A DNA stretch of 64,000 bases from contig CAJUCT010000008.1 of assembly GCA_910585015.1 (NCBI GenBank), forward strand, positions 29,106 through 93,105, read 5' to 3'. The notes beneath the pieces are model-generated. The model did not search any database and was not told where the DNA came from. It saw only the letters and a list, made by a program, of their open reading frames with translations. Below, one piece after another: positions 30,278 to 39,061 of this stretch (the stretch's first letter is position 1; each line of letters begins with the position of its first letter). The DNA comes from an uncultured Acetatifactor sp. Its GTDB lineage: Bacteria > Bacillota > Clostridia > Lachnospirales > Lachnospiraceae. The position numbers were made by a program, and so were the translations under genes.

Positions 30278-32808
30278 TGAAGAAAATTATAATAAAATGG
30301 GTAATTTTTCTGCTGACCTTTCTGGCTGCTCTGTTGGTGGCGGGCAGGGTCATGAATCATGACAATCAGAATATGACCATGGAATTGTCTGAGGCCAGCT
30401 TTCCGGTCATTACCCTGGAGAAGGGCGATATCGCCTACAATGAACTCCATGGGTATATCCAGGCCATGGACACCGCTTATCAGCGGGGAACCATTGCGGA
30501 ACTGGGGGATAACAGGGAACTGGTATTCCGGATCGATACCTATGGGGTGAAGCTTTCGGGAATACGCATGGAGGTGCGCAGCCTGGATGGGAGCCGTCTT
30601 ATTGAGAATACCGAGATTACGGATTATGAGCCGGGCAGTGTCATACGGGTGGAGACTGCCCTAAAAGATCTGATTGAAAAGGATACGGAGTATTCTTTAA
30701 TTCTGGTGCTGCTCGATAATGCCGGTCGGGAGATCTGGTACTATACCCGGGTCATTTGGAGCGACAACACTTGGGGATATGAAAAATTGGCCTATGTGCG
30801 GGATTTCCATGAGAAGACCTTTGACAGGGAAGCCGCTAAGGACTTGATCAAATATCTGGAAAGTAACTCTCAGGGGGACAATACAAGCTTTCACAAGGTG
30901 GATATCCACAGCAGCTTTCATCAAATTACATGGGGGGATCTGGAGGTGAGGCGTTTAACGGATCCTGCGGTGAATCTGGTGGAACTGGCCACCCAGACCG
31001 CTTCTATGGAACTTCATTATCTGGTGTCCACCGGCAGCGGCGAGAAAAGCAACTGTTACCTGGTGGAGGAACTGTATCGAATTCGTTACACGCCGGAGCG
31101 AGTATACCTGTTGGCATTTGAACGGACCATGGAACAGATTCCTGCAGTGAAGGGAGATATCTATGGCAATGACAAGATCATGCTGGGCATTGTAGGTGAG
31201 GATATGACCCTGGTGGAGAGCGAGGACGGTAACATTGTGGTCTTTGAGGCGGCCGGGCGGCTGTGCAGTTATAATGTGACCACCAACAAATTAACTCTCC
31301 TTTTTTCTTTTTATGAGGATCAATCCCAGAATGCCGGAACAATGTGGGACGCACGGGAAATGTATCAGAAGTACGACCTGAAAATCCTGGATGTGGATGA
31401 AGGTAATAATATACAGTTTGCCGTGTATGGGTATATGAACAGGGGCAGGCATGAAGGAGAGGTGGGGATACAGATATATGCCTACAACAGCGAACAGAAT
31501 ACTATCGAGGAACTGGTGTATATCCCTTATGACAAGACCTATGAAATCTTGAAGCAGGAACTGGAGCAGCTTCTGTATCTGAACCGGGAGGGGAAACTTT
31601 ACCTGTATCTGGACCATGGCATCTACGAGGTGGACACTATGGAGCGCACCAGCGAGCGGATTGCTCTGGTGGAAAACGATGAGGCTATGGTCATATCCGG
31701 CAACCATAAAATTGTGGTATGGTATCAGGATCAGGCACTGCAAATTATGAATCTGGGAACGGAGCAGGTTACCCGGATTGATGTGGGAGCGGACGAGGAG
31801 GGCCGTCCCTTGGGCTTTATGGGAGAGGATATCATTTATGGCGTGGCAAAGCGGAAGGACGTGGTGAGCGACGGGATGGGACGACAACTCTTTCCCATGT
31901 ATCAGGTCTGCATTCGGGATGCTTCAGGAAAACTGCTGGAAGCCTATGAGAAGGATAATATCTATACGCTGTCCTGCCAGGTGGGGGAGAACCAGATTAC
32001 CCTGGAACGGGTGCTGCGCCGGGAGGATGGAAGTTATGTGAATACTACCCAAGACCATATTATGAACAGCACCCCCCAGGAGGTGGGAAAGAATCAGCTG
32101 GTGGTGGTGGCGGTGGATACCTATGAAAAGTTGGTGCAGATTCAGGTGAGGGAAGAGATCCAAGTCAAAAATCTGCAGGTACTGACTCCCATGGAAGTAG
32201 TATTTGGAGGGGGAAGGAATGTGATTCTGCCTGCGGACAATGAACGGGAACGCTATTATGTGTATGATCTGGGCGCTGCGGTGGGGATCTATTACGATCC
32301 TGCCATAGCCATAAACCAGGCCGATGACTGCTTTGGCGTGGTGGTGGATGACAGTGGCAAAACCATATGGCAAAGGGGAAACAGGGTAACCCGCAACCAG
32401 ATCATGGCGATCACGGCCCAGGAGGCCACAGAGGAAAAGGGCAGCCTGGCGGTATGTCTGGATACCATGTTGGCTTTGGAGGGTATTGTGAGAAACACAG
32501 ATGATCTGCTTAGACGAGGCAAATCGGCTTTGCAGATCCTGGAGGAGAATCTGGAGGGTCGGGCCCAGGTGCTGGATCTGGGGGGCTGCAGCTTGGATGC
32601 CATGTTGTATTTTATCAATCAGGATATCCCGGTGCTGGCCCGCTTGGAGGACGGAGAGGCAGTGTTGCTCACTGGCTTCAATGAATTTAATGTGGTGGTG
32701 ATGGAGCCGTCCACGGGCAGGCTCTATAAAAAGGGAATGAATGACACCAGAGAGTGGATGGAGGAGAATGGAAATCCCTTTATCACTTATATCAGGACAG
32801 AGGATTAG
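30277..32808 (+). CDS. Large membrane-anchored protein of unknown function (843 aa)
   Basis: Single N-terminal TM helix. The start overlaps the methyltransferase stop (TAATG). No catalytic motif recognised. Confidence 0.6.
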   Translation: MKKIIIKWVIFLLTFLAALLVAGRVMNHDNQNMTMELSEASFPVITLEKGDIAYNELHGYIQAMDTAYQRGTIAELGDNRELVFRIDTYGVKLSGIRMEVRSLDGSRLIENTEITDYEPGSVIRVETALKDLIEKDTEYSLILVLLDNAGREIWYYTRVIWSDNTWGYEKLAYVRDFHEKTFDREAAKDLIKYLESNSQGDNTSFHKVDIHSSFHQITWGDLEVRRLTDPAVNLVELATQTASMELHYLVSTGSGEKSNCYLVEELYRIRYTPERVYLLAFERTMEQIPAVKGDIYGNDKIMLGIVGEDMTLVESEDGNIVVFEAAGRLCSYNVTTNKLTLLFSFYEDQSQNAGTMWDAREMYQKYDLKILDVDEGNNIQFAVYGYMNRGRHEGEVGIQIYAYNSEQNTIEELVYIPYDKTYEILKQELEQLLYLNREGKLYLYLDHGIYEVDTMERTSERIALVENDEAMVISGNHKIVVWYQDQALQIMNLGTEQVTRIDVGADEEGRPLGFMGEDIIYGVAKRKDVVSDGMGRQLFPMYQVCIRDASGKLLEAYEKDNIYTLSCQVGENQITLERVLRREDGSYVNTTQDHIMNSTPQEVGKNQLVVVAVDTYEKLVQIQVREEIQVKNLQVLTPMEVVFGGGRNVILPADNERERYYVYDLGAAVGIYYDPAIAINQADDCFGVVVDDSGKTIWQRGNRVTRNQIMAITAQEATEEKGSLAVCLDTMLALEGIVRNTDDLLRRGKSALQILEENLEGRAQVLDLGGCSLDAMLYFINQDIPVLARLEDGEAVLLTGFNEFNVVVMEPSTGRLYKKGMNDTREWMEENGNPFITYIRTED

Positions 32809-32918
32809 TACACCCTAAGAACTTTAAACTGCCTGCAAAGAAAAAGGCAAGAGATATTTTTAAAAGCATGTTCTCGGACAGCGCGGCACATGCGGAATGC
32901 AAAATAGGAGAGATGAAA

Positions 32919-33413
32919 ATGAAGGTAGTGAGTAAACAGAGGAACAGCAGAATGTGCTATGTCTGCGGGATGGATAACCCGGTGGGGCTGAAGGCGCCGT
33001 TTTACAATATGGAGGACGGGAGTGTGATGACCCTGTTCCGGTTTGAGGAGGAACATCAGAGTTTCCCTCAGAGGGTTCACGGAGGACTGGCGGCTACCAT
33101 GCTGGACGAACTGGGCCTGCGGGCTCTGTGGGCGCTGGAGGGGGAAGATGCGCTGGGAGTCACCATGTCCATGGCAGTGAAATACCGAAAACCTGTGCCC
33201 TATCAGGAGGAACTGGTGGGGAAGGGAATTGTGGTGAAAGCTTCATCCAAGTTTGCTACCATGAAGACGGAGATCTATGATCGAAAGGGGATACTTCTGG
33301 TCGGTGGGGATCTCCGATACATAAAACTGGATGCGGAGCAAATTGCGGAGAATGTGGATGCCCATGAGGAGACGTGTTATTTGATTGCGGATGACGTGAA
33401 GGAAATATTTTAG
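32919..33413 (+). CDS. PaaI/hotdog-fold thioesterase
   Basis: CYVCG near the N-terminus and the HGGLAATMLDE hotdog motif. Confidence 0.7.
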   Translation: MKVVSKQRNSRMCYVCGMDNPVGLKAPFYNMEDGSVMTLFRFEEEHQSFPQRVHGGLAATMLDELGLRALWALEGEDALGVTMSMAVKYRKPVPYQEELVGKGIVVKASSKFATMKTEIYDRKGILLVGGDLRYIKLDAEQIAENVDAHEETCYLIADDVKEIF

Positions 33414-33463
33414 AGAAAACAGCGTTGCAGGAGCCGTTTTGCTATTTTACTTTGCTTTTGGTT

Positions 33464-33961
33464 CTATTTTTCAGGTGCAGGGAAAATATATTTTTTATAT
33501 CGCTGCAGCACAAGAAGCAGCAGTATCCCAAGCACACCGCAGGACAATATCTCACCGATGCCTACGGTCAGCATGAAAAACGGAATGGAGCCAGGAATAT
33601 GATATGCGAAGTACAGCACCAACGGCACGATTATGGTGTTGGCGGCGATGGGGGGCAGGGGAGCCAGCCATTTACAGCGGCGCAGCAGATAAGTGCCAAT
33701 AGCCCCTATCAGCGTGGCCATGCTGCCAAAGACCACGTCCCAGATGATGGCACCGGTCAGCAGGTTGCTGATCAGGCATCCCAGGAACAGGCCCGGTATG
33801 GCAGCAGGTGTGAAAAAGGGTAATATGGTAAGCGCTTCGGAAAAGCGAAGCTGGATGGCATGGTTTGCCAGGCCCAGAGCGTTGGCCAGCAATGTCAGCA
33901 CCACATAGAGGGCGGCGATAAGCGCCGCCTGGGCGATGAAAAGTGTTTTACTGTTTTTCAT
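33464..33961 (-). CDS. queT: QueT queuosine-precursor transporter (ECF S component)
   Basis: 165 aa polytopic protein with RFSEALTILPFFTPAAIPGLFLGCLISNLL. Start at MKNSKT, after GAGGAG. Confidence 0.75.
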   Translation of the reverse strand: MKNSKTLFIAQAALIAALYVVLTLLANALGLANHAIQLRFSEALTILPFFTPAAIPGLFLGCLISNLLTGAIIWDVVFGSMATLIGAIGTYLLRRCKWLAPLPPIAANTIIVPLVLYFAYHIPGSIPFFMLTVGIGEILSCGVLGILLLLVLQRYKKYIFPAPEK

Positions 33962-33970
33962 TGTGTATAT

Positions 33971-34014
33971 CTCCTCTAGTATTTTTTTAACGAGTGGAAG
34001 GTCTCGAACACTCG
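33971..34014 (-). ncRNA. Candidate preQ1-I riboswitch in the queT leader
   Basis: On the minus strand: CGAGUG-UU-CGAG-ACCUUC-CACUCG-UUAAAAAAAUA-CUAGAGGAG. This gives a 6 bp P1, UU after P1, a C immediately 5' of the 3' P1 strand, an A-rich tail, and a 3' segment overlapping the SD that can pair with the loop. The layout matches the B. subtilis queC aptamer as I recall it. Confidence 0.55.
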
Positions 34015-34124
34015 GTTTGATCAGCCTATTGACCTTGGTTAATGAGGCTCCTGCAACGAAAAATAGTGTAGCACAATTCCGGCGGAATGGCAAGGGGGAT
34101 AAATCTCCGTAAAAGGCAGGCTTG

Positions 34125-34664
34125 TCAGCCGATAAGCCCGGCTTTTTTAAGTCGTTTGCGGATCAGCCCTCCAAGTCCCAGAGTGACAGCGAGCTTGATT
34201 AGGTCGGCCGGGATGTAGGGGATCACGCCCATCCACAGTGCTTCCAGGAAGGAACACTTCATCAGGTAGCCCAGCCACAGGGTGCCAAATAAGTACATAA
34301 CCGCCGTTCCCAGCACCATGCCCGCCAGATGCATCAGCCATTTAGCGGGCCATTTGCTGATGAAGAAGCCGGCAATCAGGGATAGGAAGATATACCCCAG
34401 CAGGTAGCCGCCCGTAGGTCCCAGGACTTTGCCCACACCGCCAGAAAAGCCGGTAAACACAGGCAGTCCCACCAGGCCGATCAGCAGATAGGCCAGGCAG
34501 CTGATTGTCCCCCATTTCATCCCCAGCAAATAAGTGGCCAGCAGCACTCCCAGAACCCCCAGGGATATGGGCACCGGGCTTATGGGCAGCGGAAAGGAAA
34601 TAGGCCCCAATACGCAGATAACGGCAGTCATCAGTCCAATTAACGCAATTTTTTTTGTGTTCAT
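34125..34664 (-). CDS. bioY: Biotin transporter BioY
   Basis: GPTGGYLLGY motif, 5-6 TM helices. Start at MNTKKIAL, after AAGGAGAA. Confidence 0.88.
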   Translation of the reverse strand: MNTKKIALIGLMTAVICVLGPISFPLPISPVPISLGVLGVLLATYLLGMKWGTISCLAYLLIGLVGLPVFTGFSGGVGKVLGPTGGYLLGYIFLSLIAGFFISKWPAKWLMHLAGMVLGTAVMYLFGTLWLGYLMKCSFLEALWMGVIPYIPADLIKLAVTLGLGGLIRKRLKKAGLIG

Positions 34665-34731
34665 ATATTTGTTCTCCTTGTATAGTGTTTTTGCTGCCCC
34701 AGCGTTAGAAAGTTGTCTGTAACAGAGCAGC

Positions 34732-34795
34732 TTGTGAACGTATATTGTAAACCTTTGCACAAAAGGAGTATATAATATATCGGAACAAATGTCAA
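34732..34795 (-). promoter_or_regulatory. bioY promoter (TTGACA-17-TATACT) with an inverted repeat just downstream, a possible BirA-type operator
   Basis: On the minus strand, the -35 lies at 34790-34795 and the -10 at 34767-34772. The arms TTGTGCAAAGG and CGTTCACAA (34732-34762) form an imperfect inverted repeat and contain GGTTTACA. Confidence 0.45.
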
Positions 34796-35031
34796 CCTGT
34801 TATGCAATGCGGTTTACAAATAATAGAGAACAATGCTTCGGGAATGTTGATACAGGCTGCAGGCAACCCCTGTAAGACTATTTCCGAGGGGCGTTCTGCG
34901 CCATATCCTATAGATTGTTTAGAAGCGGATGACAAAACTTCAGAGTCCTATATGTATTCAATGGAGCGAAAGAGGGTTGAAGAAAATCCCCGAAAATCAG
35001 AGGAAATAGTGGTCTGACTTTCGGGGGATTT

Positions 35032-36219
35032 TTATTGCAGTTCTCCGTTGCGATACCGGGCCACGATGCTCTGTATCCTCTCATTGGGATTCAGCAGGTC
35101 GCTGATGGAGGAGTCATGGTTCAGGGTATCAATGATGTAGGCGATATATTTGCTCATGTCACAGTTGATATACCATTCCCGTTCCAGGAGTTCAGGTGTC
35201 TGGTAGATCAGGTTGGTGGTCAGGATTCTGGAGATCAGGCCGCTCTCATAAGCTCTGTCAAATTTTGCCAGGCCATTGGTAAACAGACCAAAGGTAGAAA
35301 ATACAAAGATATTGGCCGCTTTACGCTGTTTCAGGGCGGCGGCGGTCTCCAGAATGCTGTCGCCGGAGGAGATCATATCGTCGATGATGATCATATCTTT
35401 GCCCTCTACGCTTGAACCCAAAAACTCGTGTGCAACGATGGGATTGCGGCCATTCACCACCTGGGTATAATCCCGGCGCTTGTAGAACATACCCATATCC
35501 AGTCCCAGCACATTGGCGATATAGATGGCCCGTTTCATACCTCCTTCGTCCGGGCTGATGACCATCATGTGTCGGCTGTCGATCTGCAAATCCTTCACAT
35601 GGCGCAGCAATCCCTTGACAAACTGATAGGCGGGCTGTACGGTTTCAAAGCCGTGCAGGGGAATGGCATTCTGCACCCGGGGGTCGTGGGCATCGAAGGT
35701 AATGATATTGTCTACGCCCATGCCAACCAGTTCCTGCAGGGCCAGAGCACAGTCCAGGGATTCCCGGCCGGTCCTCTTATGTTGGCGGCTTTCATACAGG
35801 TAAGGCATAATCACGGTGATCCGGCGGGCCTTTCCGCCCACAGCGGCAATAATGCGCTTTAAATCCTGATAGTGGTCGTCGGGGGACATATGATTTTCAT
35901 GCCCGCATAGGGAGTAGGTCAGGCTGTAGTTGCAGACATCCACCAACAGATAGAGATCACAGCCTCTGACGGATTCCAGAATCATGCCCTTGGCTTCTCC
36001 GGAACCAAAACGGGGCACCTTGGCATTCAGCAGATAAGAATCTCTTTGATAGCCGGCAAATGCCAGGGAATCCCGGTGCTCATGTTCCCGCTCAGTTCTC
36101 CACCTTACCAGGAACTTGTCCACCATATCGCCCAGTACTCTACAGCCCTCCAGGGCTATTATTCCCAAGGAACCCACGGGAATGGTTTCTAGGTTGCGCT
36201 TCTCTTCACGATTTGGCAT
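35032..36219 (-). CDS. prs: Ribose-phosphate pyrophosphokinase (long form)
   Basis: DAHD, ISPDEGG and the IIDDMISSGDS PRPP-binding loop. Confidence 0.88.
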   Translation of the reverse strand: MPNREEKRNLETIPVGSLGIIALEGCRVLGDMVDKFLVRWRTEREHEHRDSLAFAGYQRDSYLLNAKVPRFGSGEAKGMILESVRGCDLYLLVDVCNYSLTYSLCGHENHMSPDDHYQDLKRIIAAVGGKARRITVIMPYLYESRQHKRTGRESLDCALALQELVGMGVDNIITFDAHDPRVQNAIPLHGFETVQPAYQFVKGLLRHVKDLQIDSRHMMVISPDEGGMKRAIYIANVLGLDMGMFYKRRDYTQVVNGRNPIVAHEFLGSSVEGKDMIIIDDMISSGDSILETAAALKQRKAANIFVFSTFGLFTNGLAKFDRAYESGLISRILTTNLIYQTPELLEREWYINCDMSKYIAYIIDTLNHDSSISDLLNPNERIQSIVARYRNGELQ

Positions 36220-36390
36220 GAAAATCCTCCTTATTTATACTGACGGTCACTAAAACTTGCCAAGTAACCCGACTCACGAGCAAAAGATTTCAGAGACATC
36301 GCGGCATATTTCATCGCTGGTGAGTATAGAGTTTCGTATATGCCCTGCCAGTCTTCAATCCGGGCGATCAATTTCCGGGAATATACTGAT

Positions 36391-37383
36391 TTAAAGTTTT
36401 GTTGCTGCTTGACGCTCTTTGCCCGATAATCTTCTTTTGTACATGCGAATATCCGGGCCGGTCAGCTTACACAGAGAATAATTGCTGGTGATGCGGGAAA
36501 AAATGCGGTCCGAGTAACGGTCACGTATCTCTTCCAGATTCAGGTTAGTGGAGATAATAGTAGCTTTCTGCCGCAGGTGCCGTTCGTTGAGTAACGAGAA
36601 CAGCTGGGAAGTCACAAAGCTGTTGGTCACTTCCGTCCCCAGATCGTCAATAATCACCAGGTCACTATTGTAAATGTCTTTGCAGAAATTGTAAAGGGTT
36701 TCTTTTGCTTTTGTGTCGAAGTTATAGCGGGCCAGAGTATCAAACAGGCCGCTGGCGCTGAAATAGATCACGGCCATGCCCAGAGAGAGCAGTTCCCTGG
36801 CAATACAGCCGGATAAAAAACTCTTGCCTGTACCTACTGTACCATAAAACAGTAAATTATGATAGCTTTTTTTGAAATCCTCCACGAATTTATGACTGAT
36901 GGACACTGCGTTTTCAAAACGCTGCAGGTCCTCGCCCTTGTAGTAGGAGGTGGAAAGGGTGTCAAAATTCTCCCGGGCAATCATTTCTTGAATGCCGGAT
37001 TGTTCATAGAGCAGGGTGATCTCCTGCTGGCGGAAGCAGTGGCATTTCTCACTGCCGATATAGCCGGTGTCCTGACAGTCGGGGCAGTCATAGAAAGGCT
37101 CCAGATAGTCTGGGGGATACCCGGCCTGGGACAGCAGCTTCCGACGGCGGGCGGCTTTTCGGGCCAGTTCCTGCCTTAGTTCGTCCAGCGCCGCCTGATC
37201 CCCGTCCAGCAGCAGACGCGCGTGAGCCACGCAGGTTCCGCCCACGGAGGTGTCCAGTTCCCGGTACTCCGGCAGCTTTGCATAAACCTGCGCTCTGCGC
37301 TGCATCAACAGACGCATATTGTGATTTTGCTTTTCCTCATAACTGCGTTTTATGGTGTCGTACTGTGCTTTAGTCAATGCCAC
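36391..37383 (-). CDS. DnaC/DnaI-like helicase loader ATPase (GTG start)
   Basis: Zn-ribbon CPDCQDTGY..CHC, Walker A GTVGTGKS and Walker B LVIIDDLG. Confidence 0.8.
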   Translation of the reverse strand: MALTKAQYDTIKRSYEEKQNHNMRLLMQRRAQVYAKLPEYRELDTSVGGTCVAHARLLLDGDQAALDELRQELARKAARRRKLLSQAGYPPDYLEPFYDCPDCQDTGYIGSEKCHCFRQQEITLLYEQSGIQEMIARENFDTLSTSYYKGEDLQRFENAVSISHKFVEDFKKSYHNLLFYGTVGTGKSFLSGCIARELLSLGMAVIYFSASGLFDTLARYNFDTKAKETLYNFCKDIYNSDLVIIDDLGTEVTNSFVTSQLFSLLNERHLRQKATIISTNLNLEEIRDRYSDRIFSRITSNYSLCKLTGPDIRMYKRRLSGKERQAATKL

Positions 37384-37430
37384 GGCGGATTCTCCTATAT
37401 TGGCGCTCTGTTTGCGGTTCTACGGATTCC

Positions 37431-38606
37431 CTAGTTGCTGAGGAGTTCTTTTTCCAATTCCTCAAAATTGTAGGTGTTCTGCTTAAACTGATTGAACTTG
37501 TTGCCGGTGCTGCTGTTGCGGGCAGTGGTGCTTGAAGCGGTATTCTTTTGCTTCTGATGTTGTTCGTCCACTCTCTTGATGTCGGCTTTATGGCGGACAT
37601 TCTCCTTGCGCCAGCTGTTTAAGATCCCTTCCGCATATTCAAAGCGGTGCTTATCCACAGCCAGCACCGTGCGCTCACATGCCTCGAAAATGATATCCGG
37701 GCTGAAGCCGTACTCTCCGGTCCAGCGGTTGATATATTCCAGTTCCTTACTGGTGGGAGCGGAGGTCTTGCCCAGCTCATTCATGATGGCATAGACAGAC
37801 TTATCGTATTTGAGGGCGGTCTTTTGTGCCTGCTTGGGGTTAGTGATCCCCTGCTGGGCCCAGCTGATGGCCACCTTTTCCATATAGCGGAAATCTTTTT
37901 TGCCCCGATCTACACAGTACTGGATGAGATAGTCGATGAGGTCGTCGGAAAAATGCAGTACATCCGACAGATACAGGATTGTTCTCATATCCGATGATGT
38001 CAGAGGTCTGCCCACGTACACCTGGGCCACGAACAGCAGCTGGGCAGTGTTCTCCTGCTCCTTAAAGTTGCGCAGCTGGTCGGCGCTGTAGGTGGGCTTG
38101 GCGTAGGGATCGGGCTCCTGTTCCTGTTCCGGCTCCGGTTCTTTATGCATGGCTGTCGGGCTATTAACGGCAGGACCTGCGTCGGATACAGTGGTCACGT
38201 CCGTGGCGGAAGGCCGGATATCCGGTATAGTCATCGGTTCCTGGGGCCGCAGCGCCACGGCGTCGGCACTATCACCGCGGGAGGAGACGGAAGGGGTACC
38301 GGTTTTCACAGGATTCAATTCACACAGATGGATGCCCACCAGATTTTTGTCCTCATCGTAGTCCAAGGACAAAAGTTTTTGCTTTTCCCAGTAGCGAAGA
38401 GCGCGCAGTACGTCCTTCTCCGTATGGTTAAACTTATCCGCAATATCCGAGACGCTGAAAGCCATGTTGGCATGGATCATGCGCAGCAGATATAAATAGA
38501 CCTTCAGCTGGGCATCATTGGCATCTTTCATATAGTTGTCAATAAAATAGTCGGATACGGCGGTGGACTCTATGTAATTATCCTTATAAATCGTTAAACG
38601 TGCCAT
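37431..38606 (-). CDS. DnaD-domain replication initiation/primosome protein
   Basis: 391 aa with a winged-helix N-terminus and a DnaB_2/DnaD-type repeat region (YINRWTGEYGFSPDII, YAEGILNSW). Paired with the downstream loader. Confidence 0.75.
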   Translation of the reverse strand: MARLTIYKDNYIESTAVSDYFIDNYMKDANDAQLKVYLYLLRMIHANMAFSVSDIADKFNHTEKDVLRALRYWEKQKLLSLDYDEDKNLVGIHLCELNPVKTGTPSVSSRGDSADAVALRPQEPMTIPDIRPSATDVTTVSDAGPAVNSPTAMHKEPEPEQEQEPDPYAKPTYSADQLRNFKEQENTAQLLFVAQVYVGRPLTSSDMRTILYLSDVLHFSDDLIDYLIQYCVDRGKKDFRYMEKVAISWAQQGITNPKQAQKTALKYDKSVYAIMNELGKTSAPTSKELEYINRWTGEYGFSPDIIFEACERTVLAVDKHRFEYAEGILNSWRKENVRHKADIKRVDEQHQKQKNTASSTTARNSSTGNKFNQFKQNTYNFEELEKELLSN

Positions 38607-38790
38607 GTATAACCATCCTTATTTAAAGTTCCGCAGCTTCCCTGTCACTGCACAGATCCGGTGATGAACATCCAGCCGCTGACGGCGTCTGAATATTCAT
38701 CAGTGCAGTAACAGGGAAGCAGCTGTTTAAAGTTCCGCAGCTTCCCTGTCACTGCACAGATCCGGTGATGAACATCCAGCCGCTGACAGA
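38607..38790 (-). repeat. Family 1 hairpin/GCGGAAC element, tandem (104 bp period, about 1.7 copies)
   Basis: AAAGTTCCGCAGCTTCCCTGTCACTGCACAGATCCGGTGATGAACATCCAGCCGCTGAC occurs at 38625 and 38729. In the gene orientation it ends in GCTGCGGAACTTTAAATAAGGATGG before the dnaD-like ATG. Confidence 0.92.
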
Positions 38791-39061
38791 ACTGTTTCGT
38801 GTCAGTGGTTCAAAGTATATCATAAGAAAACTGAAAAAGAAATAGGCATTTTGCCGGAAAGAAAAACACCTTACAGGAAGGCGGAAAAATGTGGAAACGG
38901 TGGATAGAGTGGATAATTTTTATAGCGTTGAGGGAATTTTCCTGATAGATTCGGCAAGCCGCTTCTTCCGAACGGGAGGACGGCTTATCCACAGTTTTTA
39001 GAAAAATATCCACATTTTTTTGCCGCGGGAGCAGCAGAAAAAATGTGGATATGGTGGATAA

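Noticed and set aside
36391-38606. The dnaD-like plus dnaC-like pair as a prophage or plasmid replication module
   Set aside because: Composition matches the chromosome. The flanks are prs and murC housekeeping genes. No phage structural, integrase or repressor genes are nearby. This is most simply the chromosomal DnaB(DnaD-like)/DnaI helicase-loading pair of Firmicutes.
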